Source of the DNA: a bacterium
GTDB taxonomy: Bacteria; UBA10199; 2-02-FULL-44-16; JAAZCA01
Assembly (NCBI GenBank): GCA_021810905.1
Contig: JAJZQH010000014.1
Coordinates: 12,369 to 76,368 of the forward strand
Direction: 5' to 3'
Length of the DNA stretch: 64,000 nt
The notes beneath the pieces are model-generated. The model was not told the DNA's origin, did not search any database, and worked only from the letters and a program-made list of their open reading frames with translations. The translations under genes and the position numbers were made by a program. Within the stretch, counting starts at the first letter, position 1; each line of letters opens with the position of its first letter. This document shows positions 17,603 to 28,834 of this stretch, one piece after another.

Positions 17603-18904
17603 ATGAAGCCATTAGTTGCAATAGTAGGGCGGCCCAACGTGGGCAAATCCAGGCTCTTCAACAGGCTTGTGGGCCAGCGCCGCGCCATTGTTGCGGACGT
17701 GCCGGGCGTCACGCGCGACAGGCACTATGCACCTGCGGATTGGGCCGGTCGCGAGTACATAGTCATCGATACGGGCGGTCTGGACTTGGAACCGGCGGCG
17801 GACCTCGAGCACAAGATCAGCAAACAGAGCATGCGCGCCGTTGAAGAAGCGGATGCGGTCATATGCCTCTTCGACGGGCAGTGCGATCCGACTTCTTCCG
17901 ATAGAGAAGTAGTCGCGGCGCTCAGGGGCGTGAGCAAGCCGGTAATATTTGTGGTCAACAAGGTAGACGAGGCGACTCACGAGGCGCGGCTGCACGAATT
18001 CTACGAACTCGGTATCAAGGATCTCTTCGCTGTCTCTGCCGAGCACGGCCGCGGCGTGGACGATATGCTGGACGAACTGTGGCGCAGACTTCCCCAGGCG
18101 CCGGAACCGTCGGAGGAGGCCGAGAGGGGAACGATGGTGGCGGTGGTGGGCAGGCCCAACGTTGGCAAGTCAACGCTCATAAACCGGCTTGCCGGGGAAG
18201 AGCGCGTGGTCGTGCATGAGAAGGCCGGCACTACCAGAGACGCGATAGACGTGGAGATAGATTTCGAGGGCCATGCGTACACGTTCATAGATACGGCAGG
18301 AGTCAAGCGCGGCTGGGGCGTTGCCGACCGCCTTGAAAAATTTACCGCAATGCGCAGCCTCCGCACCATCGACCGCGCGGCAATAGTCCTTCAGCTGATC
18401 GACGGCTCGGAGGGGATGACAAAGCAGGATCTGCATCTGTCGGAGTTCGTGCGCGAGCAGGGCAAGGGGCTCATCATCCTGGTTAACAAGTGGGACCTCG
18501 TTGATGAGGAATGGGAGCTCCGCCGTCAGAAAATTCTGGACGCGCTGGGCGAAATGGCAGACGTGCCGCTGCTCGCGATCTCCGCGGCGAAAGGGCAGAA
18601 TTGCCTCAAGATCTTTTCTCTCATAGATCGCATGGAGGCGGGACTCGCGCAGAAGATTTCTACGTCGAAGCTCAATCGCATTATCGAACGCGCGCTGGCC
18701 GAACATCACCTGCCGGTCTACAAGGGAAGAGAAGTGCGCATCTACTACGCAACGCAGGTCAGCACCTATCCCCCGACCTTTGCGCTGTTTGCAAATTACC
18801 CGGCGGCCGTGCCATATCAGTACCGAAGGTATCTCATCCGGCGGATTCAGGAAGAACTGGGAGGAGGGGGCGTGCCGGTGAGGATAGTCTGCAGGAGGAA
18901 GTGA
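17603..18904 (+). CDS. der: Ribosome biogenesis GTPase Der (EngA)
   Basis: Two GRPNVGKS G-domains, GVTRDR, GTTRD, KH-like tail. Confidence 0.97.
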   Translation: MKPLVAIVGRPNVGKSRLFNRLVGQRRAIVADVPGVTRDRHYAPADWAGREYIVIDTGGLDLEPAADLEHKISKQSMRAVEEADAVICLFDGQCDPTSSDREVVAALRGVSKPVIFVVNKVDEATHEARLHEFYELGIKDLFAVSAEHGRGVDDMLDELWRRLPQAPEPSEEAERGTMVAVVGRPNVGKSTLINRLAGEERVVVHEKAGTTRDAIDVEIDFEGHAYTFIDTAGVKRGWGVADRLEKFTAMRSLRTIDRAAIVLQLIDGSEGMTKQDLHLSEFVREQGKGLIILVNKWDLVDEEWELRRQKILDALGEMADVPLLAISAAKGQNCLKIFSLIDRMEAGLAQKISTSKLNRIIERALAEHHLPVYKGREVRIYYATQVSTYPPTFALFANYPAAVPYQYRRYLIRRIQEELGGGGVPVRIVCRRK

Positions 18905-18910
18905 TACCGT

Positions 18911-19762
18911 ATGAAGTTCATAAAATTCATCGGCCGAGTCATCCGTTCCTTCTTTGTGGACGACTGTCTGAACTATGCTGCAAACATGTCGTTCTGCGCG
19001 CTGCTCGCCATCATTCCCATCGCCATGCTCATGGTCTCCATCGCAGGTTTTTTCCTCGGGTCGTCGCAGGATGCGCTGCAGAGGATCGTGCAGCTCGCAA
19101 CGGACGTGCTGCCGGTCGGCCGCGATACGTTCACGATGAATCTCCAGTCGGTGCTCGACCAGCGCACGTCGCTGGGAATCGTCGGCATTTTTTTTCTCAT
19201 CTTCATCGCCACGATACTGATGGCCTCGATAGAGCGCGCGCTAGATGCGATATTCCGTACGCCTTCGAGGCGTAATTTTTTCCATTCCAAGCTGATAGGC
19301 ATAGGGCTGATAGTCGGCGCCACCGTGCTTTTCTCGCTGCCAACAATGGCGCAGATTCTGGAAGGGCTGTTGCAGCGCTACGGCTTCGGTTTTCCTCTCT
19401 CATATTTGATGGGCGGCAAGGCGTATTTCTTCCTCGTCGGATTCATGACTTATATGATGACTATAGTGGTCATACCGAACCGCAGGGTGTACATCCGCTA
19501 TGCGGCGGTGGGAGGCATTTTCTTCTCCGTCGGCGTGGGCGTGGCGAAGTTCCTCTTCCGCTCGTATATGATTTTCGCGTTGCAGCGCTACAACGTGATC
19601 TACGGTTCTCTCACCGCGGCGGTGCTGCTCGTCGTATGGATCTATTATTTCTCAGCAATCTTTCTGCTCTCGGCGGAACTGGTCGCAGCCATGCAGGAAG
19701 GGCGCTTCTTCCACAAGAAGCGTCTGGAGGAGACGGAGGACTGGGACGGGATCACAGTTTGA
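18911..19762 (+). CDS. YihY/BrkB family membrane protein
   Basis: About six TM helices, YNVIYGSLTAAVLLVVWIY motif. Confidence 0.9.
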   Translation: MKFIKFIGRVIRSFFVDDCLNYAANMSFCALLAIIPIAMLMVSIAGFFLGSSQDALQRIVQLATDVLPVGRDTFTMNLQSVLDQRTSLGIVGIFFLIFIATILMASIERALDAIFRTPSRRNFFHSKLIGIGLIVGATVLFSLPTMAQILEGLLQRYGFGFPLSYLMGGKAYFFLVGFMTYMMTIVVIPNRRVYIRYAAVGGIFFSVGVGVAKFLFRSYMIFALQRYNVIYGSLTAAVLLVVWIYYFSAIFLLSAELVAAMQEGRFFHKKRLEETEDWDGITV

Positions 19763-20513
19763 AAGTTGCCACGCTCCGATTGATTCCGATCTCAAGCTCA
19801 CGCCTTATCAGAGAATAAACGCCTTCGTCGATCACGAGTTCCTCGTGGCTGTAATCGCCGGCATCGACGTTTACGATGTTGCCAGCGCCCGGAGGGATTT
19901 CGATCTCAGCATATGGCCGAGGGCAGTATGTATCCACGGGTGAATAGATGGACGCAACGTAGGTCTCCGCTGGAATTTGCATCTGCTTCATGCGCGTTAT
20001 CAACGGAGAATCGGGGGCTATGTCCCGGAGTCCCTGCGACAGGCGGCGGAGTAAGAAGAGTCTTTTCTTCAATGCGAAAGGGCTGCCGCGATGCGGGCTC
20101 CCCAGCGTGACGATGGTGTGGACGAACGCCGCACCGCCCATGGCCGACACGAACCATCTTGCGATAACCCCTCCAAGCGAGTGACCTACGATCGCGATGC
20201 GACCTGACGGGCTCTTTGCAGCCAGGTTTTTCACCTGTAGAGCGAGCAGAGACGCGCTCGCTTCCACACCGTTTGTGTTGAAGGTTTTAGCGAGACCGCC
20301 GAGCCTCGCGCAGGAAGGGGCAAATCCGTCGACACCGAGTCTCCTTGCAAGCACGCTCATTGTGCCGGGCGTGCTGCCCCAGCTGTGAACGAGCATCACG
20401 GCTGGCAATGCGGATGCCGGCTGCTCCTTCCAGGGCATGAAATTGTGCCAATAGAAATTAAGCGTGTTTTCCGCCCATCGTACGAATGGCGCGGGCTTGC
20501 GATTTTCTGACAT
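19752..20513 (-). CDS. Alpha/beta hydrolase (lipase/esterase)
   Basis: VGHSLGG nucleophile elbow, TLGSPHRGS. Confidence 0.88.
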   Translation of the reverse strand: MSENRKPAPFVRWAENTLNFYWHNFMPWKEQPASALPAVMLVHSWGSTPGTMSVLARRLGVDGFAPSCARLGGLAKTFNTNGVEASASLLALQVKNLAAKSPSGRIAIVGHSLGGVIARWFVSAMGGAAFVHTIVTLGSPHRGSPFALKKRLFLLRRLSQGLRDIAPDSPLITRMKQMQIPAETYVASIYSPVDTYCPRPYAEIEIPPGAGNIVNVDAGDYSHEELVIDEGVYSLIRRELEIGINRSVATFKL

Positions 20514-20520
20514 GCTTCTC

Positions 20521-20549
20521 ATGTTATTGAAAATTGACTGTAAAGTCAA
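20521..20549 (-). promoter_or_regulatory. Sigma-70 promoter, probably leaderless
   Basis: TTGACT-N17-TAACAT-N7-ATG. Confidence 0.65.
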
Positions 20550-20604
20550 AGAGTTGCAGGTTGACAAGGGATGGGCGCTCTGTTACACGCCCGACAACAT
20601 AAAA

Positions 20605-20680
20605 CGTCGTTCGTCGTTAGTCGTTCGTGAATCGTAAAGACCTCAGTCACTTGGGCGGTTTTACGATCGACGAACGACGA
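20605..20680. repeat. Convergent heptamer (GTCGTTM / MAACGAC-type) repeat hairpin
   Basis: cgtcgttcgtcgttagtcgttcg...ttacgatcgacgaacgacg; related to 36622 and 39975. Confidence 0.75.
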
Positions 20681-20692
20681 AGGAGGTGTCCA

Positions 20693-21382
20693 ATTCCTAC
20701 CTATAAACAGCTGCCGCGCGGGAAGCAAAAAGCGCACGACGATTTCAAAGACTGGAGCATGCACGCTATACAGTGGATCGTAGCCCACTGGGTTGGCGTT
20801 ATAGAGCTCGTGGCCGTGGGCGCAGTTGCGGTCGCCGTCATCATGGGAGCCTCTGCATACGGAAGGTATCGCGCCGATGCCGCGGCTCTTAAGTTCTATG
20901 CGGCCGATAAACTTGAGAATAAATCCGACGCGCGCTTGGAAGCGCTCAAAAAAGTTGCAAAAGATTACTCGCGCACGTCGGCGGGTCGTCAGGCTACGAT
21001 GCAACTGGGAGACATGCTTGCCGAACGCGGCGATCGCGATGGCGCGATCGAACAATTCAGATTGCTTGCGGAAGGTTCGCGCAATCAGCCGCTCTTCCGC
21101 GTGGCCGCGCTGCATCGCATAGCCGATCTCCAGCTTGCCGCCGGCAATTCGGCCGAGGCGGCGGAGACTTTCCGCAAGGCGGCTGCGGATCCCAAAAATC
21201 TTACCGCCCTTACGAGCGAGCTGCTCGCTGCCTCATGCCTCGAACGAGCCGGCGATTACGCGGGCGCCGCTCTTCTCTACAAGAGGATCATTAAGGACGC
21301 AGGCGAGGGCGACCGAGCCGTGCGCGAACAGAGCGAGGAGCGACTCATATGGCTTTCGGCAAACGGCTTGATCGCCGGCTGA
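20693..21382 (+). CDS. YfgM-like TPR membrane protein (start uncertain, possibly ATT)
   Basis: N-terminal TM helix followed by TPR helices; lies directly before the bamB-like gene. Confidence 0.8.
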   Translation: MPTYKQLPRGKQKAHDDFKDWSMHAIQWIVAHWVGVIELVAVGAVAVAVIMGASAYGRYRADAAALKFYAADKLENKSDARLEALKKVAKDYSRTSAGRQATMQLGDMLAERGDRDGAIEQFRLLAEGSRNQPLFRVAALHRIADLQLAAGNSAEAAETFRKAAADPKNLTALTSELLAASCLERAGDYAGAALLYKRIIKDAGEGDRAVREQSEERLIWLSANGLIAG

Positions 21383-22623
21383 GCTTGGTTTTTGTCGCGC
21401 CGCTTGTTTTCGCGCTTTCTTTCGCGGCGCTTTCGGACGATGCGTTCGCGGCAAAGCAGCGAGCCAGTCATCATTTCACGAGCCAGGAATCTCATCAGCG
21501 GCCGGAGAAGTATCGCAGCGGCTCGTTCAAATCTACGTCGGCGCGTAAATTCAAGGTTAAGACCAGGCGCATCGCCTCTCTCAAAAAATCCTCATTCTGG
21601 AATACGCGGCCTTACCAGTTCGCTACACCGCTCGTGGCTGGAGACCGTATCTTTGTCGGCGTCGATGCCGGTCGTTTCTACGCGTTCGATCTGGAGAAGG
21701 GCAAGCAGCTCTGGGAGTTTCAGACCGATGGGCCGGTCCACAGCAAAGCCGCGTACGCGGATGGCGCCGTCTATGTGCCGGACGTGGAAGGCAGAGTCTA
21801 CGCGCTGGACGCGGGAAGCGGCGAGAAGCGCTGGACCGCAACGCTCGACACCGACATCCTAGCAACTCCTTACGTGGAGGGAAATCGGCTCTATGTAGCG
21901 ACCATGTCCGGACGCTTATATGCACTGGACATCTCGACCGGAGTTGAACTCTGGCACACGGACACCGATGAGAAGGAATTCGGCTTCTCCGTAAGGCGTT
22001 CGTCCGCGCCCGTTGCGGCGGGCGGAGTGGTGCTCTACGGAACGTCCTCGGGCCTTCTACGAGCTGTGCGCGGGAGCGACGGCTCCCAGGTATGGAGCCG
22101 CCAGCTCTCCGAAAAGAAGGGACAGGTATATGACGTGGACAGCGAGCCGCTGCTCTATAACGGAAAGGTCTACGAGAGCACTGCCGAAGGCACGCTTTCA
22201 AGCATCGATCTTGCCAGTGGCCGCATAATCTGGACTGTCGACGCTGGAGGCGTGAACGATCCGATAGCGAAGGACGGGCGGATCTACTGCACGGGCGGAG
22301 GGAGCCTCTACGCGCTCGATCCTGACAGCGGCGATATCTACTGGCAGCAGGATCTGGAAGTGCCGGAGATCTCGTCGCCTGTATCGAACGACAACTATAT
22401 CGCGGTCACCTCCACTCGCGAAAAGATCTATCTGATAGACAGGGATTCCGGCGACATCGCGTATGAGCGCTACATAGGCAAAGGGAGCTACGGCGATCCG
22501 ATAGTCTCCGGGGACAAAGTCTATCTGCTTGGCAACACCGGCAAGCTCTTTTCCTTCCTCATAAAGGAAGCAGAGCCCAAGGAAGAGGCAAAGGTGAAGA
22601 AAGGGAAAAAGAAGGCGGAGTGA
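21349..22623 (+). CDS. PQQ-repeat beta-propeller, BamB-like
   Basis: Repeated G..YA.D..SG...W blades; yfgM-bamB synteny. Confidence 0.85.
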   Translation: MAFGKRLDRRLSLVFVAPLVFALSFAALSDDAFAAKQRASHHFTSQESHQRPEKYRSGSFKSTSARKFKVKTRRIASLKKSSFWNTRPYQFATPLVAGDRIFVGVDAGRFYAFDLEKGKQLWEFQTDGPVHSKAAYADGAVYVPDVEGRVYALDAGSGEKRWTATLDTDILATPYVEGNRLYVATMSGRLYALDISTGVELWHTDTDEKEFGFSVRRSSAPVAAGGVVLYGTSSGLLRAVRGSDGSQVWSRQLSEKKGQVYDVDSEPLLYNGKVYESTAEGTLSSIDLASGRIIWTVDAGGVNDPIAKDGRIYCTGGGSLYALDPDSGDIYWQQDLEVPEISSPVSNDNYIAVTSTREKIYLIDRDSGDIAYERYIGKGSYGDPIVSGDKVYLLGNTGKLFSFLIKEAEPKEEAKVKKGKKKAE

Positions 22624-22698
22624 AATTGATTGCCACCCAAAGCCGCCTCTGATAATTTTTCATTCGATGGGCGTCTCTTCGGAACCTACGGGGGATTC

Positions 22699-24687
22699 AT
22701 GAGAGATATGCAGAAGCGCCTGTGGGCACTCGTTGCCGCGGCAGTGGTCTCCGCAATACCTGCTGCGGCGGGCGCGGACAGTCCGACGTTCAACGCTATA
22801 TTCTTTCATCCCGCCACCGGCCGGAATACTTACCTCATGCTCCAGGGAACCGAGACCCTGCATCAGATGCAGTTCGACGTGGGCGAATATTTTTCGTACG
22901 GATGGCATCCGCTCGACATACGCACGACCGCAGGATCTCGAGTGCAGGGCGTGATCAGCCAGTTGGTCGTAAGCGATTTCACCGCCGCGATCGGCGCAAC
23001 TGATTGGCTGCAGTTCGGACTCGACGTGCCGGTGGTCCTCATCAACAGCTTCCGCGAGCCTGACGCCGTGCAAGGTGCTCCGACCGCAAATCACTTCAAC
23101 CTGAGCGACATACGTTTTGAGGCAAAGGGCAGATTCCTTGATGCATGCAAGACGCGCATCGGGCTCGCGCTCGTGCCGTTCGTCACCTTCCCCACTGGCA
23201 GTGACGCGCATTACGTGGGCGACCCGGGCTTCACCGGAGGCGCCACGATCGCACTTGACGGCAAAGTTTCGAGAAAGATCGGACTCACGCTCAACGTGGG
23301 CTATCAGGGCGGTCGAAAGGTCAAGATCTCGAACGTCGAGTTCCAGCACAGGCTGCTCCTCGGCGGCGGTATCCAGGGCAACATATTCCGCGGGCTCGAC
23401 GTATTCGGTGAGATCAACGCGATAGCGGCGTTCAACAAACTCCTGCACGACCGCGATATGAATCCGACGGAATTCATGGCCGGCGCAAGATGGGACGTGG
23501 GGAAGACGGGCCTTACGGTTCAAGGCGGGGCCGGCACTTGCCTGGTCTGCGGCGTGAAGGGCGCACGTATCAGGGCCGTGGCCGGTCTCAAGTACAGGCT
23601 CAGCACTCCCAAGTATCGCCAGCTCGAAGATCAGCGTGCGGGCGTCTGCACGCTGCGGGGGTATTTCAGCAAGTCACGGCTCTATGAGCTCAAACAGAAT
23701 TGTCCGCAGAAACCTGAGGACTATGTCCAGGGAGTGCACGACGACGCGTGTCCCAAATATTATGAGCTGCAGGAGCTGGCGGGGTTAATCCTCAAGTGTC
23801 CCGTGAGGCCGGAGGATTTCAATCCGAGCATGCATGATCCCGCATGCCAGAAGGTATATGACATGCCGGATGAATTTTCGCCTGCGGATGTACGCAACAT
23901 CGTGTCAATGGCGGTGGCGGAGATGAGCCTCATCTGTCCCGCTGATCCCACGAATTTCAACGCGCAGATCCACGATGCGGCCTGCCCCAAATATTACGAT
24001 CTCAAGGAGACCGAGGCGCTTGCCAGCCGCTGTCCATCCAACGCGGACGACTATAAGGAAGGCGTGGACGATCCGTCTTGTCCCAAGTACTACACCCTGC
24101 GAGAGGCCTACGGCGATATCGACTGGAACGAGGTTAACAAACTTCGCAGCATCGATCTGGATCGTTACGGCTCCGCCATCCTCGGCGGCGAGATCCAGAC
24201 GTTGCGGCCCGTGTATTTTGACTTTGCGAAGTCGAACCTCCTGCCGACAATGCTTCCTGTGCTCGATCAGGTTATTCGCGTCATAAACGAAACTCCGTGG
24301 GTGAGCGTGGTGAGGATCGGCGGGCACGCGGACGCGCGAGGCACCGTGGATGCGAATGAGAAGATCTCCATGAAGCGCTCACAGACCGTGATCGATTACA
24401 TGAAATCGCATGGGGTGCGCAGCGACGTGCAGCTCATACCGGTAGCTTACGGTTCGTACAGGCCCGCAGCCTCCAACGAAACCGAAGAGGGACGCGCCCT
24501 CAACCGCCGCGTCATATTCACGGTCTCGAGCTACAAGATCCCGAAATATACGCCATCCGCGATAAAAAAGGCGTCAGCAGCGCCGGCGCCATCCGCGCCG
24601 ATGGGGGAGACTCCCTCGTTAGAAACGGGCGCCGAGCCAGTCAAAGAGGGAGAGCCGCAGCTTCCCCCGTCGCGATGGTCGGAGTAA
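22699..24687 (+). CDS. Outer-membrane beta-barrel + Cys-rich repeats + OmpA C-terminal domain
   Basis: Signal peptide, amphipathic strands, VYFDFAKSNL..IGGHADARG..N..S..R, GRALNRRV. Confidence 0.85.
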   Translation: MRDMQKRLWALVAAAVVSAIPAAAGADSPTFNAIFFHPATGRNTYLMLQGTETLHQMQFDVGEYFSYGWHPLDIRTTAGSRVQGVISQLVVSDFTAAIGATDWLQFGLDVPVVLINSFREPDAVQGAPTANHFNLSDIRFEAKGRFLDACKTRIGLALVPFVTFPTGSDAHYVGDPGFTGGATIALDGKVSRKIGLTLNVGYQGGRKVKISNVEFQHRLLLGGGIQGNIFRGLDVFGEINAIAAFNKLLHDRDMNPTEFMAGARWDVGKTGLTVQGGAGTCLVCGVKGARIRAVAGLKYRLSTPKYRQLEDQRAGVCTLRGYFSKSRLYELKQNCPQKPEDYVQGVHDDACPKYYELQELAGLILKCPVRPEDFNPSMHDPACQKVYDMPDEFSPADVRNIVSMAVAEMSLICPADPTNFNAQIHDAACPKYYDLKETEALASRCPSNADDYKEGVDDPSCPKYYTLREAYGDIDWNEVNKLRSIDLDRYGSAILGGEIQTLRPVYFDFAKSNLLPTMLPVLDQVIRVINETPWVSVVRIGGHADARGTVDANEKISMKRSQTVIDYMKSHGVRSDVQLIPVAYGSYRPAASNETEEGRALNRRVIFTVSSYKIPKYTPSAIKKASAAPAPSAPMGETPSLETGAEPVKEGEPQLPPSRWSE

Positions 24688-24704
24688 AATCTTGTGACAA
24701 TCAA

Positions 24705-24794
24705 CCCCTCCCCTTTGTAAGGGGAGGATGGGAGAGGTAGACCGTGGATACAACCACGATCTACCTCCCCTCGCCCCTCCTTACAAAGGAGGGG
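24705..24794. repeat. Inverted doublet of a REP-like palindrome
   Basis: CCCCTCCCCTTTGTAAGGGGAGG..GAGGTAGA and its inverse; single copy at 57518. Confidence 0.8.
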
Positions 24795-24853
24795 AATAAA
24801 TCGTCACTTATCACTGCTTGACATCGTTCGGATATCATATATAGCGTCCCGCC

Positions 24854-26320
24854 ATGTTAGGCGAACGCATGCAGGAAGGGCTCACTTTTGACGATGTCCT
24901 GCTAATACCTGGGCACTCGAAACTCCTGCCAAAAGACGTAGATATCGCTACAAAGCTAACCTCCGAAATTACGCTCAACATCCCGCTCGTCTCCGCTGCA
25001 ATGGATACGGTCACCGAGGCCGCGACGGCAATCGCCCTGGCGCAAGAGGGCGGAATCGGCATCATCCACAAGAACTGGACCGCTGATCGGCAGGCTGCAG
25101 AGGTCATGCGTGTGAAGAAATACGAAAGCGGCGTGGTGACGGAGCCGATCACGGTATCACCATCGATGACGCTCTCGGAACTGCGGGAGTTATCGCGAGA
25201 GCATAATATCTCGGGTTTTCCGGTCACCGACGGCATGAGGCTCGTCGGCATCATCACGAATCGCGACATCACTTTTGAAGACGACCTATCGCGCAAGGTC
25301 ATCGAACTCATGACCCCGAGAGACAGGCTCGTCACCGCGGCACAGGGCATAACGCTCGATGAGGCGCGCACGATCTTCCGCGAGCGACGCATCGAGAAAC
25401 TCCCTCTCATCGACAAGGACGGGAATCTCGCCGGGCTCATGACGGTGCGCGATCTCAAGACCGCAACGCGATACCCGAACGCGGCAAAGGATTCGCGCGG
25501 CAGTCTCAGGGTGGGAGCTGCAGTGGGCGTGGGCGAGGCTGAATTCGCGCGCGCCGAGGCCTTGCTCGCGGCCGGCGTGGACGCCGTCGTTGTAGATACC
25601 GCGCACGGGCATTCCGCCGGCGTCATAGGCATGGTGAAAAAGTTGCGAGACGCATTCAAGGACGCCCAGATAATCGGCGGCAATATCGCAACAGCGGATG
25701 CGGCAAAGGCGCTCATCGATGCGGGGGCGTCCGGCGTGAAGGTCGGCGTCGGCCCCGGCTCTATCTGCACGACCCGCGTGGTAGGCGGCTGCGGCGTCCC
25801 GCAGATCACCGCAGTGGCGGACGTAGCGCACTACGCGCGTAAGCACGGCGTTCCTGTGATCGCTGACGGCGGGATAAAATTCAGCGGAGATATCGTAAAG
25901 GCGCTCGCTGCCGGCGCATCGAGCGTGATGATAGGCTCCATGTTCGGCGGTACGGACGAATCTCCGGGAGAGGTCGTCCTCTACCAGGGCCGCAGTTACA
26001 AAGTCTACCGCGGCATGGGCTCCATTGCCGCCATGCAGAAGGGGAGCAAGGATCGTTACTTCCAGGGCGACGTAACCGAGGCCGGCAAGCTCGTGCCCGA
26101 GGGCATCGAGGGCAGGGTGCCGTATCGAGGCAAGCTGCGCGACGTGCTCTATCAGATGATCGGCGGGCTGCGCTCGGGCATGGGATATACAGGCGTCGCC
26201 TCGATCGAGGAACTCTCCACAAAGACGAAGTTCATCCGAATCACCGCGGCCGGCCTGCGCGAGTCGCACGTGCACGACGTGATCATCACCAAGGAAGCAC
26301 CGAATTACTGGCAGGAATAA
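24854..26320 (+). CDS. guaB: IMP dehydrogenase
   Basis: [20 protein letters not shown] pair, [17 protein letters not shown]. Confidence 0.98.
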   Translation: MLGERMQEGLTFDDVLLIPGHSKLLPKDVDIATKLTSEITLNIPLVSAAMDTVTEAATAIALAQEGGIGIIHKNWTADRQAAEVMRVKKYESGVVTEPITVSPSMTLSELRELSREHNISGFPVTDGMRLVGIITNRDITFEDDLSRKVIELMTPRDRLVTAAQGITLDEARTIFRERRIEKLPLIDKDGNLAGLMTVRDLKTATRYPNAAKDSRGSLRVGAAVGVGEAEFARAEALLAAGVDAVVVDTAHGHSAGVIGMVKKLRDAFKDAQIIGGNIATADAAKALIDAGASGVKVGVGPGSICTTRVVGGCGVPQITAVADVAHYARKHGVPVIADGGIKFSGDIVKALAAGASSVMIGSMFGGTDESPGEVVLYQGRSYKVYRGMGSIAAMQKGSKDRYFQGDVTEAGKLVPEGIEGRVPYRGKLRDVLYQMIGGLRSGMGYTGVASIEELSTKTKFIRITAAGLRESHVHDVIITKEAPNYWQE

Positions 26321-26339
26321 ACTTAGTGATAGTATGGTG

Positions 26340-26470
26340 GTACGTTAGTACGTTAGTACGTTAGTACTTTCGTACGTTCGTTAAGCGTGTGAGCTGTCAG
26401 GTTTAGAACACCATGTTCGATCACGATCCTTTAACTAACGTACCAACGTACTAACGTACCAACGTACGAA
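26340..26470. repeat. Convergent octamer repeat (GTACGTTA n / YAACGTAC n) hairpin
   Basis: Three or more tandem GTACGTTA on the left and four YAACGTAC-type units on the right, between guaB and guaA. Confidence 0.85.
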
Positions 26471-26479
26471 GTTGATACC

Positions 26480-28021
<1,542 letters not shown>

Positions 28022-28110
28022 ACGGCGGCGGGAAAAGCCAGCAAGGCAAGCAACGCCAGCGACGGAAATCCCGAGAGGGAGCGCCTGGATTCAGCCCATT
28101 CAGATAGATA

Positions 28111-28137
28111 GCAACTTCTTTGCGAAAACGACGATAA
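28111..28137 (+). promoter_or_regulatory. GCAACT-N13 motif, site 3
   Basis: GCAACT TCTTTGCGAAAAC GACGATAA, 36 nt before GTG 28174. Confidence 0.75.
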
Positions 28138-28173
28138 ATAATAGGTATCCTGGACACGATCGAGGGAGGGCGC

Positions 28174-28560
28174 GTGAACGTTCTTCAGAGAGTTCTGCAT
28201 ACGGACGGAAAGCGCTTGGCCGATGCTGACGGTGAATGCAGGGATCTCAATGCGAACCCCTATATCGATACGCCCGTGAGTAGGCCGGCGACAACGCCCG
28301 AAAGCCTGCAGACTGACTCTTTTATCGCGGAAAGAGAATCTGCATCGAGAGATCTCTACGCCAACCCCTACACGTCTCCGGGCATACAGAAGAAATCGAT
28401 CAAGGGCGCGCATCCCTTCCTCTGTTCAAAGTTTGACGCAACGATCGACTGCGAACTCCGGAACCCATATGTCGAAGACGACGGAGCTGCCATACGCGCG
28501 GACGCGGAAGATCGTCCGGTTGTTGAAGTGGAAGAGCTGATCGTCAATCCCTATAGATGA
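28174..28560 (+). CDS. Small hypothetical protein with four NPY motifs
   Basis: GGGAGG SD; LNANPY, LYANPY, ELRNPY, LIVNPY. Confidence 0.7.
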   Translation: MNVLQRVLHTDGKRLADADGECRDLNANPYIDTPVSRPATTPESLQTDSFIAERESASRDLYANPYTSPGIQKKSIKGAHPFLCSKFDATIDCELRNPYVEDDGAAIRADAEDRPVVEVEELIVNPYR

Positions 28561-28795
28561 TATTGCGTGTTGGCCGATTGCCTTCGCGCGACCGTTCATC
28601 GCGGTTTTCGCCCACGAGCTGTTTTCTTTCCTCGTATTCAACCTGATGCCATGTCGGTAATGGAAGCCGGTAAAGATCGCCAAAATATTGACAACCGCGC
28701 GTGTTTTTCCTGATTTGAGAAATCACAATGTTGCGCCGTGCATTACAACCCCATCAATAGAAAGAGTTTTTTCTGAAATACAGATAGCCCGTTCG

Positions 28796-28811
28796 CGGCA
28801 CGATATTTGCT
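28796..28811 (+). promoter_or_regulatory. Sigma-54 -24/-12 promoter
   Basis: CGGCAC GATAT TTGCT, 23 nt before ATG 28835. Confidence 0.65.
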
Positions 28812-28834
28812 GTATAATAGGTGAGGAGGTTCTT

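Noticed and set aside
26340..26470. CRISPR array
   Set aside because: Units are 7-8 bp tandem repeats without unique spacers, and no cas genes are present
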